The notes beneath the pieces are model-generated. The model ran no database searches. It was not told the origin of the DNA and was given only the letters and a program-made list of their open reading frames with translations. The translations under genes were made by a program, and so were the position numbers. A stretch of 64,000 nucleotides of DNA from a virus (Duplodnaviria > Caudoviricetes): the IMG/VR virus record IMGVR_UViG_3300025924_000020, positions 1-64,000 of that record, one strand, 5' to 3'. Shown one piece after another: positions 1 to 10,528 of this stretch. The number at the start of each line of letters is the position of its first letter. Positions within the stretch are counted from its first letter, which is position 1.

Positions 1-17
1 GCTCTGCTGGCGTAGGA

Positions 18-782
18 ATGGACCCCGAAGACAAAGATTTCAGGAGAGCTGTAGAAAACTTCTATCACAACCTACTCACACGTGTAGATAAAGATGGCCT
101 GATATTGGAAATCGGTCTACAGGAAGGTGGAGAAGAGATAAGTGAGCAAAATCTACCAATTAACATTAAAGACTATATCATCTATCGTCACGCCCTTACA
201 CACCCGCATGTAGCAAGAAGTAAGGATGAAGCAGCTAGAGATCAAACTAAACGTTTTTATATTGTAGATCCTAATCAGACAGCTAAAGCTGCAATGAAAT
301 CCAATGAAGTAGAAGATCAAGCAATGGCTATCTACTATAAATATCGTGAAGATATGATCAAGATTGATCAGATTCTTACTCTAATGGGTAGGAATATTGA
401 TAAGATGGACAAAAATGATAAGATTCTTGAGCTTAAAAAACTTGCTCAACGTAATCGTGAGCTAAGTGAACGCGCTCAAATTGAACAATTAAATCGTTTC
501 ATTTCAATTGCAGAAGACAAAAATCTAGAACTTAAGTTCTTGATTGAAGAAGCAATTGCTATCAAATACCTTTCTAGAGTTGGAAACAACATTGTTTATG
601 CAGAGAATGGTAATCTAGTAGGTGAGAATCTTGAAGATGCAGTTTTGTACTTCAATAATCCTAAGAAAACAAGGGAACTTAACTTACTAAAAGTTAATTA
701 CAGCGAAAAGTCTAAGCGTGGTAAGACTTACTTTAAAAATAAAGATAAGGATGTAGACGACGAACAAACAAAAGCTGAATAA
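18..782 (+). CDS. Conserved crAss-like protein of the capsid gene block, probably 5'-truncated
   Basis: The frame is open back to the window edge (codons from nt 3 read S-A-G-V-G-M). It precedes the GroES-like and ring genes. Function unknown. Confidence 0.5.
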   Translation: MDPEDKDFRRAVENFYHNLLTRVDKDGLILEIGLQEGGEEISEQNLPINIKDYIIYRHALTHPHVARSKDEAARDQTKRFYIVDPNQTAKAAMKSNEVEDQAMAIYYKYREDMIKIDQILTLMGRNIDKMDKNDKILELKKLAQRNRELSERAQIEQLNRFISIAEDKNLELKFLIEEAIAIKYLSRVGNNIVYAENGNLVGENLEDAVLYFNNPKKTRELNLLKVNYSEKSKRGKTYFKNKDKDVDDEQTKAE

Positions 783-806
783 CAACAACCAATCCAATAA
801 CTAAAC

Positions 807-1139
807 ATGACTTTATCAGAATATAAGCCTACCTTTACGGGCGTACTCTTCAAAGAAGTACGTGAAGAAAAGACCAAAGGAGGTATTTTCATTCCAGATA
901 AGAACTTTGTACTAACTACTCATGCCGATGTGTTTGAGAATCAAAAGGAACACTCAGCTACAGGTAAGATAGGTGATTACGTAGTTCTAAAAGTAGGAAA
1001 AGACTGCAGTACAGTTCAACCTGGGGATATCATATTTCTAATGAGAGGTGTGATTCCAGAGCAAATAGATTTAGAAGAAGGTTCGTATCCTCAAGTTGTA
1101 GAAAGACAAATTATAGGGTACGGCGGTAAACAAACATAA
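807..1139 (+). CDS. GroES/Cpn10-like co-chaperonin
   Basis: Mobile-loop-like EEKTKGGIFIPD, then VVLKVG...VQPGDIIF; 110 aa. Confidence 0.75.
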   Translation: MTLSEYKPTFTGVLFKEVREEKTKGGIFIPDKNFVLTTHADVFENQKEHSATGKIGDYVVLKVGKDCSTVQPGDIIFLMRGVIPEQIDLEEGSYPQVVERQIIGYGGKQT

Positions 1140-2263
1140 TGGGAATATCAGAGTTTCATTTCGCGGTAAATCAAAGGTTACAAGATGTAGCTAGTTTTAA
1201 GCGAAACAAATACTACCCAGAAGAGATAGACATGGCCCTTAATAAGGCCATGTTTCGTCTTTTAGAGAAAGGTGTAGAAAGTAGATTCCAAAGTGATCAA
1301 ATCAACTTAGGAACTGTATCAGCTCTTACTCAAAAGAATAGAGGACTCGACCTTATTATTCCTCAGAGTACTGATCCGCTTTATGAACCAAGTATCATTT
1401 CACAATACGCTATAATACCTGAAGATCACTATTGGACAATTAACGCTAGAACAGAAGTAGTTAATGATCCTTTAAATTGTGGTACTGCACCAAGTTTAAG
1501 TACAAATACTCTTGTAGAATATGTAGCTGTCATTGGTTACCCAACCTTATATTACGATCCAAACGCTAATCCCCCATTCCCCTTATATCCAAATTTAACT
1601 ATAAGTAGCAGTACTGCTGGTACTTTATACCAAGCGCCACCAGAAATAGCGACCAGTGTAGTAGACCCAGACGGAACCTATATAATCACAAATAACGTTG
1701 TAGAAGCATTCTATCGTAATACGACTATTCGTGTATACTGGGAAAGATATAGAGATGTTTATTACAAAGGTAAGTTTATCTTCGTATCTAATGCACCATT
1801 AGGCAATATAACCATATCGTTTCAAAATGCTAGCCCCGCTGTACCCCTAACAAGTATTACTGCAGCTTCAACTTCCACAAATTACATTATCTACAATCGT
1901 GCCCTTATTCCAGCTCTACCATCAAAAATAGTGGGAATAGCAACACCAAGAATAGAGGAGCAAGAGAGTCTATATCAGGCCATTTATCAAAATAGATATT
2001 ATGCTCCCAAAATAGAAGAGCCAATTATCAATCAAACAAGTGATTATTATATAATCTATGGGGATAAAAGCTTTCTAATAACCCGTATGTTTGTAGACTA
2101 CATTAGGAAACCTAGAACAATATCCTTAGCTTTGAATCAAACTTGTGAATTGTCAGAGTCAACTCATCAGAAGATAGTGGACATGGCGGTTGAAATCTTA
2201 AGATTGGATACTAATGATCCAAGATATCAAAGCACAACACAAGATATAGAACTTAGAAGTTAA
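1139..2263 (+). CDS. crAss-like tail ring / head-tail connector protein
   Basis: N-terminal EEIDMALNKA and C-terminal YIRKP...CELSESTHQKIVDMAV pattern, as in crAss-like ring proteins; synteny. Confidence 0.65.
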   Translation: MGISEFHFAVNQRLQDVASFKRNKYYPEEIDMALNKAMFRLLEKGVESRFQSDQINLGTVSALTQKNRGLDLIIPQSTDPLYEPSIISQYAIIPEDHYWTINARTEVVNDPLNCGTAPSLSTNTLVEYVAVIGYPTLYYDPNANPPFPLYPNLTISSSTAGTLYQAPPEIATSVVDPDGTYIITNNVVEAFYRNTTIRVYWERYRDVYYKGKFIFVSNAPLGNITISFQNASPAVPLTSITAASTSTNYIIYNRALIPALPSKIVGIATPRIEEQESLYQAIYQNRYYAPKIEEPIINQTSDYYIIYGDKSFLITRMFVDYIRKPRTISLALNQTCELSESTHQKIVDMAVEILRLDTNDPRYQSTTQDIELRS

Positions 2264-2283
2264 CTTAAAAATCGAAATAAAAC

Positions 2284-3513
2284 ATGTCAGTTTACAGTAG
2301 GAACCTATCTGGTTTAAATCAAAAAGTAATCGTTGGTACTAATGCCAGCTATACATCATCCACCACTTTTAACGCCTTTATTACAGCATCTGCTGAAGGT
2401 GAAGTTGGTGTATTCCTTGCAAGTGGGGCTTTGAAATCAACAGCTCTTGCCGCAGGTGATCAATTTTTCATCGCACAAAAGCGTGACGGGTTTGTAAATA
2501 AAACCCCAATTTTGAACTTCAATGACATTTTCCGCAAGTTGCGTACAGCTTATATTGCCCCAGTAACTGAAGTAGTTACTGTAGGTTATGTAGGTAGTGG
2601 TACAAACAACCTGAGCTATGACTTCTCATTAGCTAGCAATACCAATACTTTGACGTTTGGAATTACTGCTCGTGACTTCACACCAGGTAATCAACCTTTC
2701 CCAGTACAAGAAGGATATGCAACTGTAAATAGCACAACTGCTGATCAGTATGCAGTAACTTCAGCAATTGTATCACAATTGAATGGTGAATTAGACTATG
2801 AGCGTGTATATCCTGATAAATTCTGTTATGCAGAAATTTTGACTGATGGTGCAACAGCCGCCCCAACTGGAACTGTAACTACTTTCAGTGTAGTAAACGG
2901 CTCAAACTATGTATCTCCTAACGGTACAGTAACCTCTATCGCAGTAGGTACTTATGTTACCTTCACAGGAGCAATGTATAAAGTAAAACAAATTGGCTTA
3001 GGAGCTGGTAACGACTTCCTATTAGACCGTGTGTTCCAAGGTGCAACTAACGCAGCTTTGGCTCTAGCATCTGTTAAAACAATTACCTTTACCTCTGGTA
3101 CTACTCGTTTGGGTGTACGTTTGACTGGAACTTCTACAGACTTTTCATTCAATGCATTACCTTTCGGCCCATCAGGAAATAACTTCCTAAGCTCTGTGGT
3201 AACTGTTAGTACTCCTTGGGTACTTGGTGCAGGTTCTGGTAACTCGATTTTCCAATTAGAATCAGTGGAAGGTGTTGAATTTGACGGTGTAGGATCTACT
3301 CGTAACGCTCCTTTCCGTGAAGATTATGGTACTCCTTCATTGTTCTCAGTGAAGACTAATACTTACGATCAAATCTTCTTGGATTTGGCCCCTAGTATTA
3401 AACCTTCAGCAGCATTACCTCACTACTCTCAAATCCAGATTGAACGTATTCTGATCGCTACCGTTGTAGGCTCTGGCCTTGGCTCTAGCTTGCAGACAGT
3501 ATTTGGAGTTTAA
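2284..3513 (+). CDS. Structural protein, probably auxiliary capsid/decoration protein
   Basis: Rich in S/T/G/V with beta-strand character; lies in the capsid block and is followed by a terminator. Confidence 0.5.
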   Translation: MSVYSRNLSGLNQKVIVGTNASYTSSTTFNAFITASAEGEVGVFLASGALKSTALAAGDQFFIAQKRDGFVNKTPILNFNDIFRKLRTAYIAPVTEVVTVGYVGSGTNNLSYDFSLASNTNTLTFGITARDFTPGNQPFPVQEGYATVNSTTADQYAVTSAIVSQLNGELDYERVYPDKFCYAEILTDGATAAPTGTVTTFSVVNGSNYVSPNGTVTSIAVGTYVTFTGAMYKVKQIGLGAGNDFLLDRVFQGATNAALALASVKTITFTSGTTRLGVRLTGTSTDFSFNALPFGPSGNNFLSSVVTVSTPWVLGAGSGNSIFQLESVEGVEFDGVGSTRNAPFREDYGTPSLFSVKTNTYDQIFLDLAPSIKPSAALPHYSQIQIERILIATVVGSGLGSSLQTVFGV

Positions 3514-3533
3514 TTAAATTACTCTTTAACATG

Positions 3534-3576
3534 AACCCTTGTGATAGGAGTAAAACTATTGCAAGGGTTTATTTTT
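3534..3576 (+). terminator. Intrinsic terminator
   Basis: AACCCTTGTGATAG / CTATTGCAAGGGTT 14-bp stem with GU pairs, 8-nt loop, then TATTTTT. Confidence 0.8.
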
Positions 3577-3586
3577 AACAAACAGT

Positions 3587-4300
3587 ATGGCATTAACACC
3601 AAATTTAGTTAGGATAGCAGTAGCAGCAGATGGTAGTACAAGCTCGTGGAGCGATAATACTGTATATGGGTCTACTAATCCAAATAGAAATCAGGTAGCG
3701 GTTTATCTCACAGCTTATAAGGTTGATGAAAATTTAGTGGAGAGTTCTTTACTAGTAACTCCCTTTGATCCAGCAGTAGCTACCACGTTCATAACTGCTA
3801 ACGACATTGATGGGCATTACAAGTACTATTTTGTAATTGTAAATAACTACAATGGCAGTACGACATATAACCAATATAACGTAGTTTATTCTGCTAGTCC
3901 AGCTGGATTCTATCAATATAATAATCCCACTCCTTCTTCAGGAAGTCCAGTAACAGATACCACTCATTGGACTCCAGTTCCTGATCCAACTAAATTAATA
4001 GCGAATATTGGCACACCAACTGATCCTCTTAATTTAACTTGGCAGATCGTAGAAAAGGTATTAGATTACAATACAGCTAAATGCTTTACTAAATTAACAA
4101 TCAACAAGTGTAAAGACTCATGTGACGATTGTGGTTGTAGTGAAGGATGTGACGATAAAATGTTTAAATTAGTCAATAGAATATTTGATCTGTTAACAGC
4201 AATGCGCCTTGATGAAGCTCAGCAATTGTTCACTGCTGGTGAAAGAGCCGCTAGAATGGCAGAAAAATATTGTGGTGACTGTGGATGTTCAACCAGATAA
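3587..4300 (+). CDS. Putative tail hub/collar protein with Cys-rich C-terminus
   Basis: CKDSCDDCGCSEGC and YCGDCGC motifs; sits just before the fibre genes. Confidence 0.5.
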   Translation: MALTPNLVRIAVAADGSTSSWSDNTVYGSTNPNRNQVAVYLTAYKVDENLVESSLLVTPFDPAVATTFITANDIDGHYKYYFVIVNNYNGSTTYNQYNVVYSASPAGFYQYNNPTPSSGSPVTDTTHWTPVPDPTKLIANIGTPTDPLNLTWQIVEKVLDYNTAKCFTKLTINKCKDSCDDCGCSEGCDDKMFKLVNRIFDLLTAMRLDEAQQLFTAGERAARMAEKYCGDCGCSTR

Positions 4301-4310
4301 ATAATAACCC

Positions 4311-6803
4311 ATGTTAGACCCAAGGTTTGACAGTATAGTATACCAATCTGAGGTATATGTCTCCAATCTGGTTGATCAATTAATCAGTCAAAGGAGATTA
4401 GGGAAAGCTCTTGATGCTAAATGGAAGAAAGTCCATTTAATTAACATCTACTTAAATGCGTTACAAGAGAAAGGTAAACTGACTGACTCTAACGACATAA
4501 CTAATCTTACTTATATTCTAGATTGTTTATGTGTTCTTTGTGAGATTGCCTCATTCCCAACAGCTCCCACACTATTGTGGAATGGGCCTCCAGCTTTAAT
4601 AGTTGGTGCTAAAGGCGACAAAGGAGATAAAGGTGACAAAGGAAATACAGGAGCAACAGGATTAGCCACTGATTTTTTAGCTGGACCATCAAGTACCACT
4701 ATAGTAGTAGATACATTTCCAATTACCTCTGCAAAAGCTGCTAGATGGGATTATATTGTTTTAGAAAATGGTGGAGCAGAAAGAGCTGGATCAGTTGTGG
4801 GTCATTGGAAAAGTGATGGGACTGCAACCTCTTTATACGATAACGCAGACGATGACACAACTGCATCAACAGATGGTATAGAATTTGATGTACAAGCTAC
4901 AGCAACTACTGTTTATTTAATTGCAGTAATTACCTCTGGCACCTGGACAATAAATGGTACTAGATATTTCATACCAAATAATGGAAATGGTACTGGACCA
5001 ATATCAGGACTATTACCTAACGGTAAAATATACATTGGTAATTCCATAAACGTAGCACAAGATCAGACATTATCTGGAGCTATCTCTTTAGTTAATAACA
5101 CTGGTGTAACACAGATAAACACTAACTACATAGTAGACTCTATGATAAATAGTAGTGCTGCTATACAAGTGTCTAAATTACAAGCCTTAACTGCTTCAAA
5201 GATAGTAGTAACTAATGCATCTGGAATACTCAGTACTACTAGCTCACCAACACTAGTTGAGTTGGGTTATGTGGGCGGTGTGACTAGTGCAATACAAACA
5301 CAACTAAATACAAAAATAACAGACCCTACTACTACAATAGGTGATCTGATTTATAGAAATGCTTCAAATGTACTAACTAGATTTCCTATAGGTTCTGCCA
5401 ACCAAGTATTAACAGTGATTGGTGGTGTTCCTACTTGGCAGAATCCAGTAGCGGGATTCAGTGATCCAATGACTACAGTTGGGGACATTATGATTCGTAA
5501 TGGATCAAATGTTACAGCTAGATTAGGTATAGGATCTTCTGGGCAGATACTTACAGTTTCTGGAGGAGTACCAGTTTGGCAAACACCAGTGGTTTCTGGA
5601 GGTACAGTTACATCTGTAGCTGCTTCTGCCCCAGCTGCAGGATTCACAATATCAGGAAGTCCAATAACTACATCAGGAACATTTACTTTTACTTTAGCTA
5701 ATGATTTAGCTGCAGTAGAGGGTTTATCAAGTGTAGGAATTGTTAGACGTACAGCACCTGAAGTTTGGTCGGCAGGAGGATTGATACAAATCAACGAAGG
5801 AGGTACAAATCTTTCTAGCTATACAACTGGAGATATATTATATGCTTCTGCTACGAATATACTTAGTAGATTAGGAATAGGTTCGGCTAATCAGGTATTA
5901 AAAGTAATCGCTGGATTACCTACATGGGGTGGAGTTCCTGCAGCTGGCAGTAATACACAAATACAATACAATAGCAGTGGTGTATTAGCAGCCGATGCTA
6001 ATTTGACGTATAATGGAATAACACTTACATTTGGTCCAAATATTCTCTCTTTAGGGAATACTGCTGGATCAATACAAACATTAAATGGTGTACCAGGCAC
6101 GTCAGGCACACCTACTGGTTCAACTATAGTTATAACAGCTGGGCCAGGTTATAGTAGTGGAGCAGGTGCAGGCGGTAATCTCAATCTTGTTTCTGGACAA
6201 GGTTTTTCATTAACTGATGGAGATGTTAACATCAATTCTGCTCCAGCGGGTGGAGTACATCCTGGTAATACTATAATCACAGCAGGGAAAGTGAATTTGG
6301 CCTTATATAAAGAATTGCAATTAAATGGTAGTTCTGGTACTTCAGGTCAATATTTAAAATCTCAAGGAGCAGGTTCTCCTCCAGTATGGGCAACATTAGC
6401 TCCAAACTTTACTATAGCATCTTATACTCCTACTGTAACTGGAGTACAAAATGTAACCTCACTAACAGCTCAAACATTTATATATAGAACTAACGGTATC
6501 TCAGTAGAAGTATTTGGCACTGTAAATGTAAGAGCTGCTACTAGTGGAACATGGGGTAATGTCGCTTTTACAATCTCTGCTCCTCCAGGCTATACGGTCA
6601 CGTTCAGTAATGTGTATGATGTTATAGGAGTTGTAGGAGGAGTGTTTAATAGTTCAGGTTTAGGAAGTGCTACTACTCCAATATCTGGAATAGTGGAGGC
6701 TGTAACATCAAGTACTAACATGCAATGTACCTTTACGTCAACGAATCCAGCCAACTACTACACGATAAAAATTCATGCTATCTACACCCTTATTCCTGTA
6801 TAA
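4311..6803 (+). CDS. Tail fibre protein 1
   Basis: Short collagen-like run GAKGDKGDKGDKGNTGATG; three GD(L/I)xxxxxxNxxxRxxIGSxxQxLxVxxGxPxW repeats; G/S/T rich. Confidence 0.75.
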   Translation: MLDPRFDSIVYQSEVYVSNLVDQLISQRRLGKALDAKWKKVHLINIYLNALQEKGKLTDSNDITNLTYILDCLCVLCEIASFPTAPTLLWNGPPALIVGAKGDKGDKGDKGNTGATGLATDFLAGPSSTTIVVDTFPITSAKAARWDYIVLENGGAERAGSVVGHWKSDGTATSLYDNADDDTTASTDGIEFDVQATATTVYLIAVITSGTWTINGTRYFIPNNGNGTGPISGLLPNGKIYIGNSINVAQDQTLSGAISLVNNTGVTQINTNYIVDSMINSSAAIQVSKLQALTASKIVVTNASGILSTTSSPTLVELGYVGGVTSAIQTQLNTKITDPTTTIGDLIYRNASNVLTRFPIGSANQVLTVIGGVPTWQNPVAGFSDPMTTVGDIMIRNGSNVTARLGIGSSGQILTVSGGVPVWQTPVVSGGTVTSVAASAPAAGFTISGSPITTSGTFTFTLANDLAAVEGLSSVGIVRRTAPEVWSAGGLIQINEGGTNLSSYTTGDILYASATNILSRLGIGSANQVLKVIAGLPTWGGVPAAGSNTQIQYNSSGVLAADANLTYNGITLTFGPNILSLGNTAGSIQTLNGVPGTSGTPTGSTIVITAGPGYSSGAGAGGNLNLVSGQGFSLTDGDVNINSAPAGGVHPGNTIITAGKVNLALYKELQLNGSSGTSGQYLKSQGAGSPPVWATLAPNFTIASYTPTVTGVQNVTSLTAQTFIYRTNGISVEVFGTVNVRAATSGTWGNVAFTISAPPGYTVTFSNVYDVIGVVGGVFNSSGLGSATTPISGIVEAVTSSTNMQCTFTSTNPANYYTIKIHAIYTLIPV

Positions 6804-6810
6804 TTAACAT

Positions 6811-9800
6811 ATGAGTTCTAAGAATTTAGTCATACGAGGTGGAACAAAGTTAAAAGGAGCTATATCTTCTGGTATAGGAGATAGTGTATTAACACAAAAC
6901 TCTAGCACTAAAGCCATAACAGAGATTGGGCCTATTGATGTAAGTTCTTTCTTAACTACTTCTTTATTAGCAGGAAGGATTATTGTTGGAAATAATTCCA
7001 ATTTAGCTACTCCAGTACAAATGTCTGGGGCGGTGACTATTGATAGCTCAGGAGCTACTACTATATCATCAGGAGTAATTACTAATGCAAATATTTCTAC
7101 TTCTGCTTCAATAGCCTATTCTAAACTTAATTTAACAGGTTCAGTCCTAAACGCAGATATCAGTGCAGGAGCAGCTATAACTAGAACTAAATTAGCTTCT
7201 GGAACTGCATATCGTATCGTAGTGAATGATGTTTCTGGAATAATGACAGAGGCTACATCAATTACAGCTAATAGAGTATTAATTTCTGATACAAATGGTT
7301 TGCCAACATCTAGCAGTGTAACAACTACAACACTAGGATTCCTTGATGTCACTTCCTCTACTCAAACTCAATTAAATAATAGACTCAATTTTAGTTCTGC
7401 AATCACACCAAGCGCAGGTGATATAGTATATTTTAGCGGTGGTGTTTGGACTAACTTGCCTAGAGGTACTTCTGGTCAGTATTTGTCTTCTAGTGGAAGT
7501 ACTATACAATGGGTTTCGGCCCCTAATGGATTACCTACTGGAGGCACAGCTAATCAATATCTAAGTAAGGTAGATGGAACTGATTATAACACACAATGGA
7601 GCACGTTAACTCTCTCTAAAGTAACAGATGTGTTAGCATTGGCAGCTGATGTAAATTTATTACAAGGAGCAGCTGCTTTTGGTGTAACAACAGCAAACAT
7701 CCAAACGCTCCAAGGTGTTAGTTCAAATATACAATCACAATTAAATACTAAGCTAAGTACAGCTTTACCACAGAACTATATGTTTGTTGGTAATTCGCTA
7801 GGGCAGGTTACAACCTTGGCTCCTGGCACCAATACATACGTATTAACTATGGTATCTGGTGTACCTACTTGGTCAGCCCCAACAGGTGGAGGTAGCGGAC
7901 ACATAATACAGAATTCTGGAGCTAGTTTAACAGCTAGAGCCAATCTTAATTTTACGTCAGGTCTAGCTGCTGTGGACGATGCGCTAAATAATGCTAGTAA
8001 GGCCACCATAGACCTAACATACAACTTTGCTTGGGCTGGTGTTCATTCATGGTTAGATAATAATTTTTCAATTAAAGACAATACTGATACAACTAAGATA
8101 CTTAATTTTCAATTATCTGGACTTACTACAGGAACAACTAGGACGTATACTTGGCCCGATGTCACTGCTACTATTGCAACAGTAGACGGTGGTCAGACAT
8201 TTACCTCAGCAATATGGAATGGAACAAGATTACTTTCAGCATATACTCCACAAGGTTCTGCTGTAAGTGTCTGGGGAGTTACTGGATTATCGTCAGCTGA
8301 CCAAGGTAGCATTGTTGCTGGAGCGGCTGGGAATGTATTACGTAGGGATGGGAGTGGGTTAAGTTTTGGAACTATTGATTTATCATTATCTAATACCGTA
8401 GGTTCTTCTGTACTATCAACAGCCAATGGTGGAACTTCCTCAACAACTTTTCCTGGATGGTTACTTGCTTCTGGGGGCACACTCACAGGAGCAAATAATT
8501 TTACAATGGGAACAAACCCCATTACTTTCACGCAAGGTGCTAGTGTAAGTGGCTCTCCCACAGCATGGACTTATAATGGCGGTTCTCATACTACACTTTC
8601 GATCGCAGAAGTCACAGACGTAAACTATAATCTAGCTAGGACAATAAATTTTACTTCTGGAGGTGGAACGATAGCAACGCAAAGAAATTATAGAATTCAA
8701 GCCCCGACCTATACCGCCACCACAAACGCAGTTACAATTACTAATGCATACACTGCATTTATCAATCAGCCCGTTGCCAGTACAAATATTACCATTACAA
8801 ATAATTATGGGTTAGGAGTTGAGGGTGGGGTGGCAATAATAAGATCAGGAACCAGCAGCATCTCTGGTCAATTAACTGCTAATGGAAGTAACCTGTTTAT
8901 GTCTGCCTTAGGCGGAGGTACACTTCAGTTAGGTGTGAATGGAACTGGTTTTGGCGTCAACACAGTTAATGGTAATTGGTCTTTTGGCACCGTAACCACT
9001 GACTTATCCAGATTATATGTACTTCAGTCTGCTTTATCTTCTTCATGGATACCTGTATATAGAAGCGATCCTGGAGCACACACTGGGATGACAGCATCAA
9101 CGGAATTCATCTCACGTGATTTTCAAGGAGCAACACAGCAATGGTCAACGGGGTCATTAACAACTCAACGTTGGAATTATTTCAGAGGCTATACTGCTGC
9201 TTTTGTTGGAGCTAGTACTTTAAGTGATGCCTATACGGTTTACATTGACCCACCTGTTGCTGGAACTAATGCTACCATAACTAGAAATTGGGCACTTGGT
9301 TTAGCTGGTAGTTTGAATATGCCAACTTCTGGAAGTTCTATTCAGCTAAATAATGGTTCCATTATTTTGGTTTCGGGAGGAACAATTCAAACAACTAGTT
9401 CTGGAACATTAACACTGACCACTAATAACGGTGCGCCTGTAAATTCGACTTCTGGTAGTTGGAATTTTACACAAAGTACTCCCACAGTTTTAGGGGCTTC
9501 AGCAATTGTAAGTACTCCAGCCGCATTGACAGGACTTACATTAGCCACAGAATTTATTTCCCGCGATTTCAAAGGGGCAACCCAGACTTGGATTGACGGT
9601 ACAACAGCAACTCAACGCTTTAACTATTTCAGAGGATACACCATCAACAAGACTACAACCAGCGCAACGTTCACTAATGCTTACACGGTTTATATCGATC
9701 CATCGACAGCAGGAACTGGGGTAACATTGACTAATAATTTTGCACTAGGCTTAAATGGTGATTTAGGGTTAATATCTGCCCCAGCTAATGATAATGCACT

Positions 9801-10512
9801 AACACAAGTTTTAGTTAGGGATGGTACAACAGGCAAAGTAAAATATAGAACTGCTGCCTCTTTAGCTGGAGGGTCTTCTTCTGGCGCTCAATACCTAATG
9901 CAATTCAGCGATGGTGCTGGAGGATTTAGTTCAGATGCTAGTCTTTATTATATGGCTGGCGGTACAAGGTATTTAAATTCTGATGCAGGAGGTTTTAGAG
10001 CTGGAGACGGTACTGGTGGTGGACATGGCGCTACTATAGCACCAACTCAGTTCACAGTTTCTTATGGGTCAGCAAGTAATTACACATTTTCAGGCACAGG
10101 TTCTGTAAACAATTGGATTTTCAATAGCGGTAATGTTACAGTACCACATTTAGCTGGCAATACGTCATCCCCATCCATAGCTGCTGGTACTGGTGCAGGT
10201 ACTGGCCCCACAGTTTCCGTGTCCGGCACTGATTTGGCGGGGACAGTAACAGTTACAACGGGCACTGCTCCCTCTGGAGCAAATGCAATCATCGCAACAA
10301 TTACGTTCAATGCCGCTTATGGATCGGCTCCGCGTGTGATGTTAACAGCGGCAAATAGAAATGCCAATGGGCTAGTAGGATTAAATCAGATATTGGTTCC
10401 GGCCAGCGGTCAAACAAATGGTGTCACAACCACAACATTTGTGATAGAAGCAAACACCACAGCATTGGCAGCATCGACCACGTACTTATGGACATATCAA
10501 GTAATTCAATAA
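6811..10512 (+). CDS. Tail fibre protein 2
   Basis: 1233 aa, G/S/T rich; shares QxQLN and G(T)xxQxL...W modules with fibre 1; three internal repeats of about 75 aa. Confidence 0.75.
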   Translation: MSSKNLVIRGGTKLKGAISSGIGDSVLTQNSSTKAITEIGPIDVSSFLTTSLLAGRIIVGNNSNLATPVQMSGAVTIDSSGATTISSGVITNANISTSASIAYSKLNLTGSVLNADISAGAAITRTKLASGTAYRIVVNDVSGIMTEATSITANRVLISDTNGLPTSSSVTTTTLGFLDVTSSTQTQLNNRLNFSSAITPSAGDIVYFSGGVWTNLPRGTSGQYLSSSGSTIQWVSAPNGLPTGGTANQYLSKVDGTDYNTQWSTLTLSKVTDVLALAADVNLLQGAAAFGVTTANIQTLQGVSSNIQSQLNTKLSTALPQNYMFVGNSLGQVTTLAPGTNTYVLTMVSGVPTWSAPTGGGSGHIIQNSGASLTARANLNFTSGLAAVDDALNNASKATIDLTYNFAWAGVHSWLDNNFSIKDNTDTTKILNFQLSGLTTGTTRTYTWPDVTATIATVDGGQTFTSAIWNGTRLLSAYTPQGSAVSVWGVTGLSSADQGSIVAGAAGNVLRRDGSGLSFGTIDLSLSNTVGSSVLSTANGGTSSTTFPGWLLASGGTLTGANNFTMGTNPITFTQGASVSGSPTAWTYNGGSHTTLSIAEVTDVNYNLARTINFTSGGGTIATQRNYRIQAPTYTATTNAVTITNAYTAFINQPVASTNITITNNYGLGVEGGVAIIRSGTSSISGQLTANGSNLFMSALGGGTLQLGVNGTGFGVNTVNGNWSFGTVTTDLSRLYVLQSALSSSWIPVYRSDPGAHTGMTASTEFISRDFQGATQQWSTGSLTTQRWNYFRGYTAAFVGASTLSDAYTVYIDPPVAGTNATITRNWALGLAGSLNMPTSGSSIQLNNGSIILVSGGTIQTTSSGTLTLTTNNGAPVNSTSGSWNFTQSTPTVLGASAIVSTPAALTGLTLATEFISRDFKGATQTWIDGTTATQRFNYFRGYTINKTTTSATFTNAYTVYIDPSTAGTGVTLTNNFALGLNGDLGLISAPANDNALTQVLVRDGTTGKVKYRTAASLAGGSSSGAQYLMQFSDGAGGFSSDASLYYMAGGTRYLNSDAGGFRAGDGTGGGHGATIAPTQFTVSYGSASNYTFSGTGSVNNWIFNSGNVTVPHLAGNTSSPSIAAGTGAGTGPTVSVSGTDLAGTVTVTTGTAPSGANAIIATITFNAAYGSAPRVMLTAANRNANGLVGLNQILVPASGQTNGVTTTTFVIEANTTALAASTTYLWTYQVIQ

Positions 10513-10528
10513 AAAAAATAAAAAATAT

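Noticed and set aside
4311-10512. Diversity-generating retroelement or invertible fibre cassette
   Set aside because: No reverse transcriptase or invertase in the window. The repeats are protein-level and not adenine-specific TR/VR pairs.
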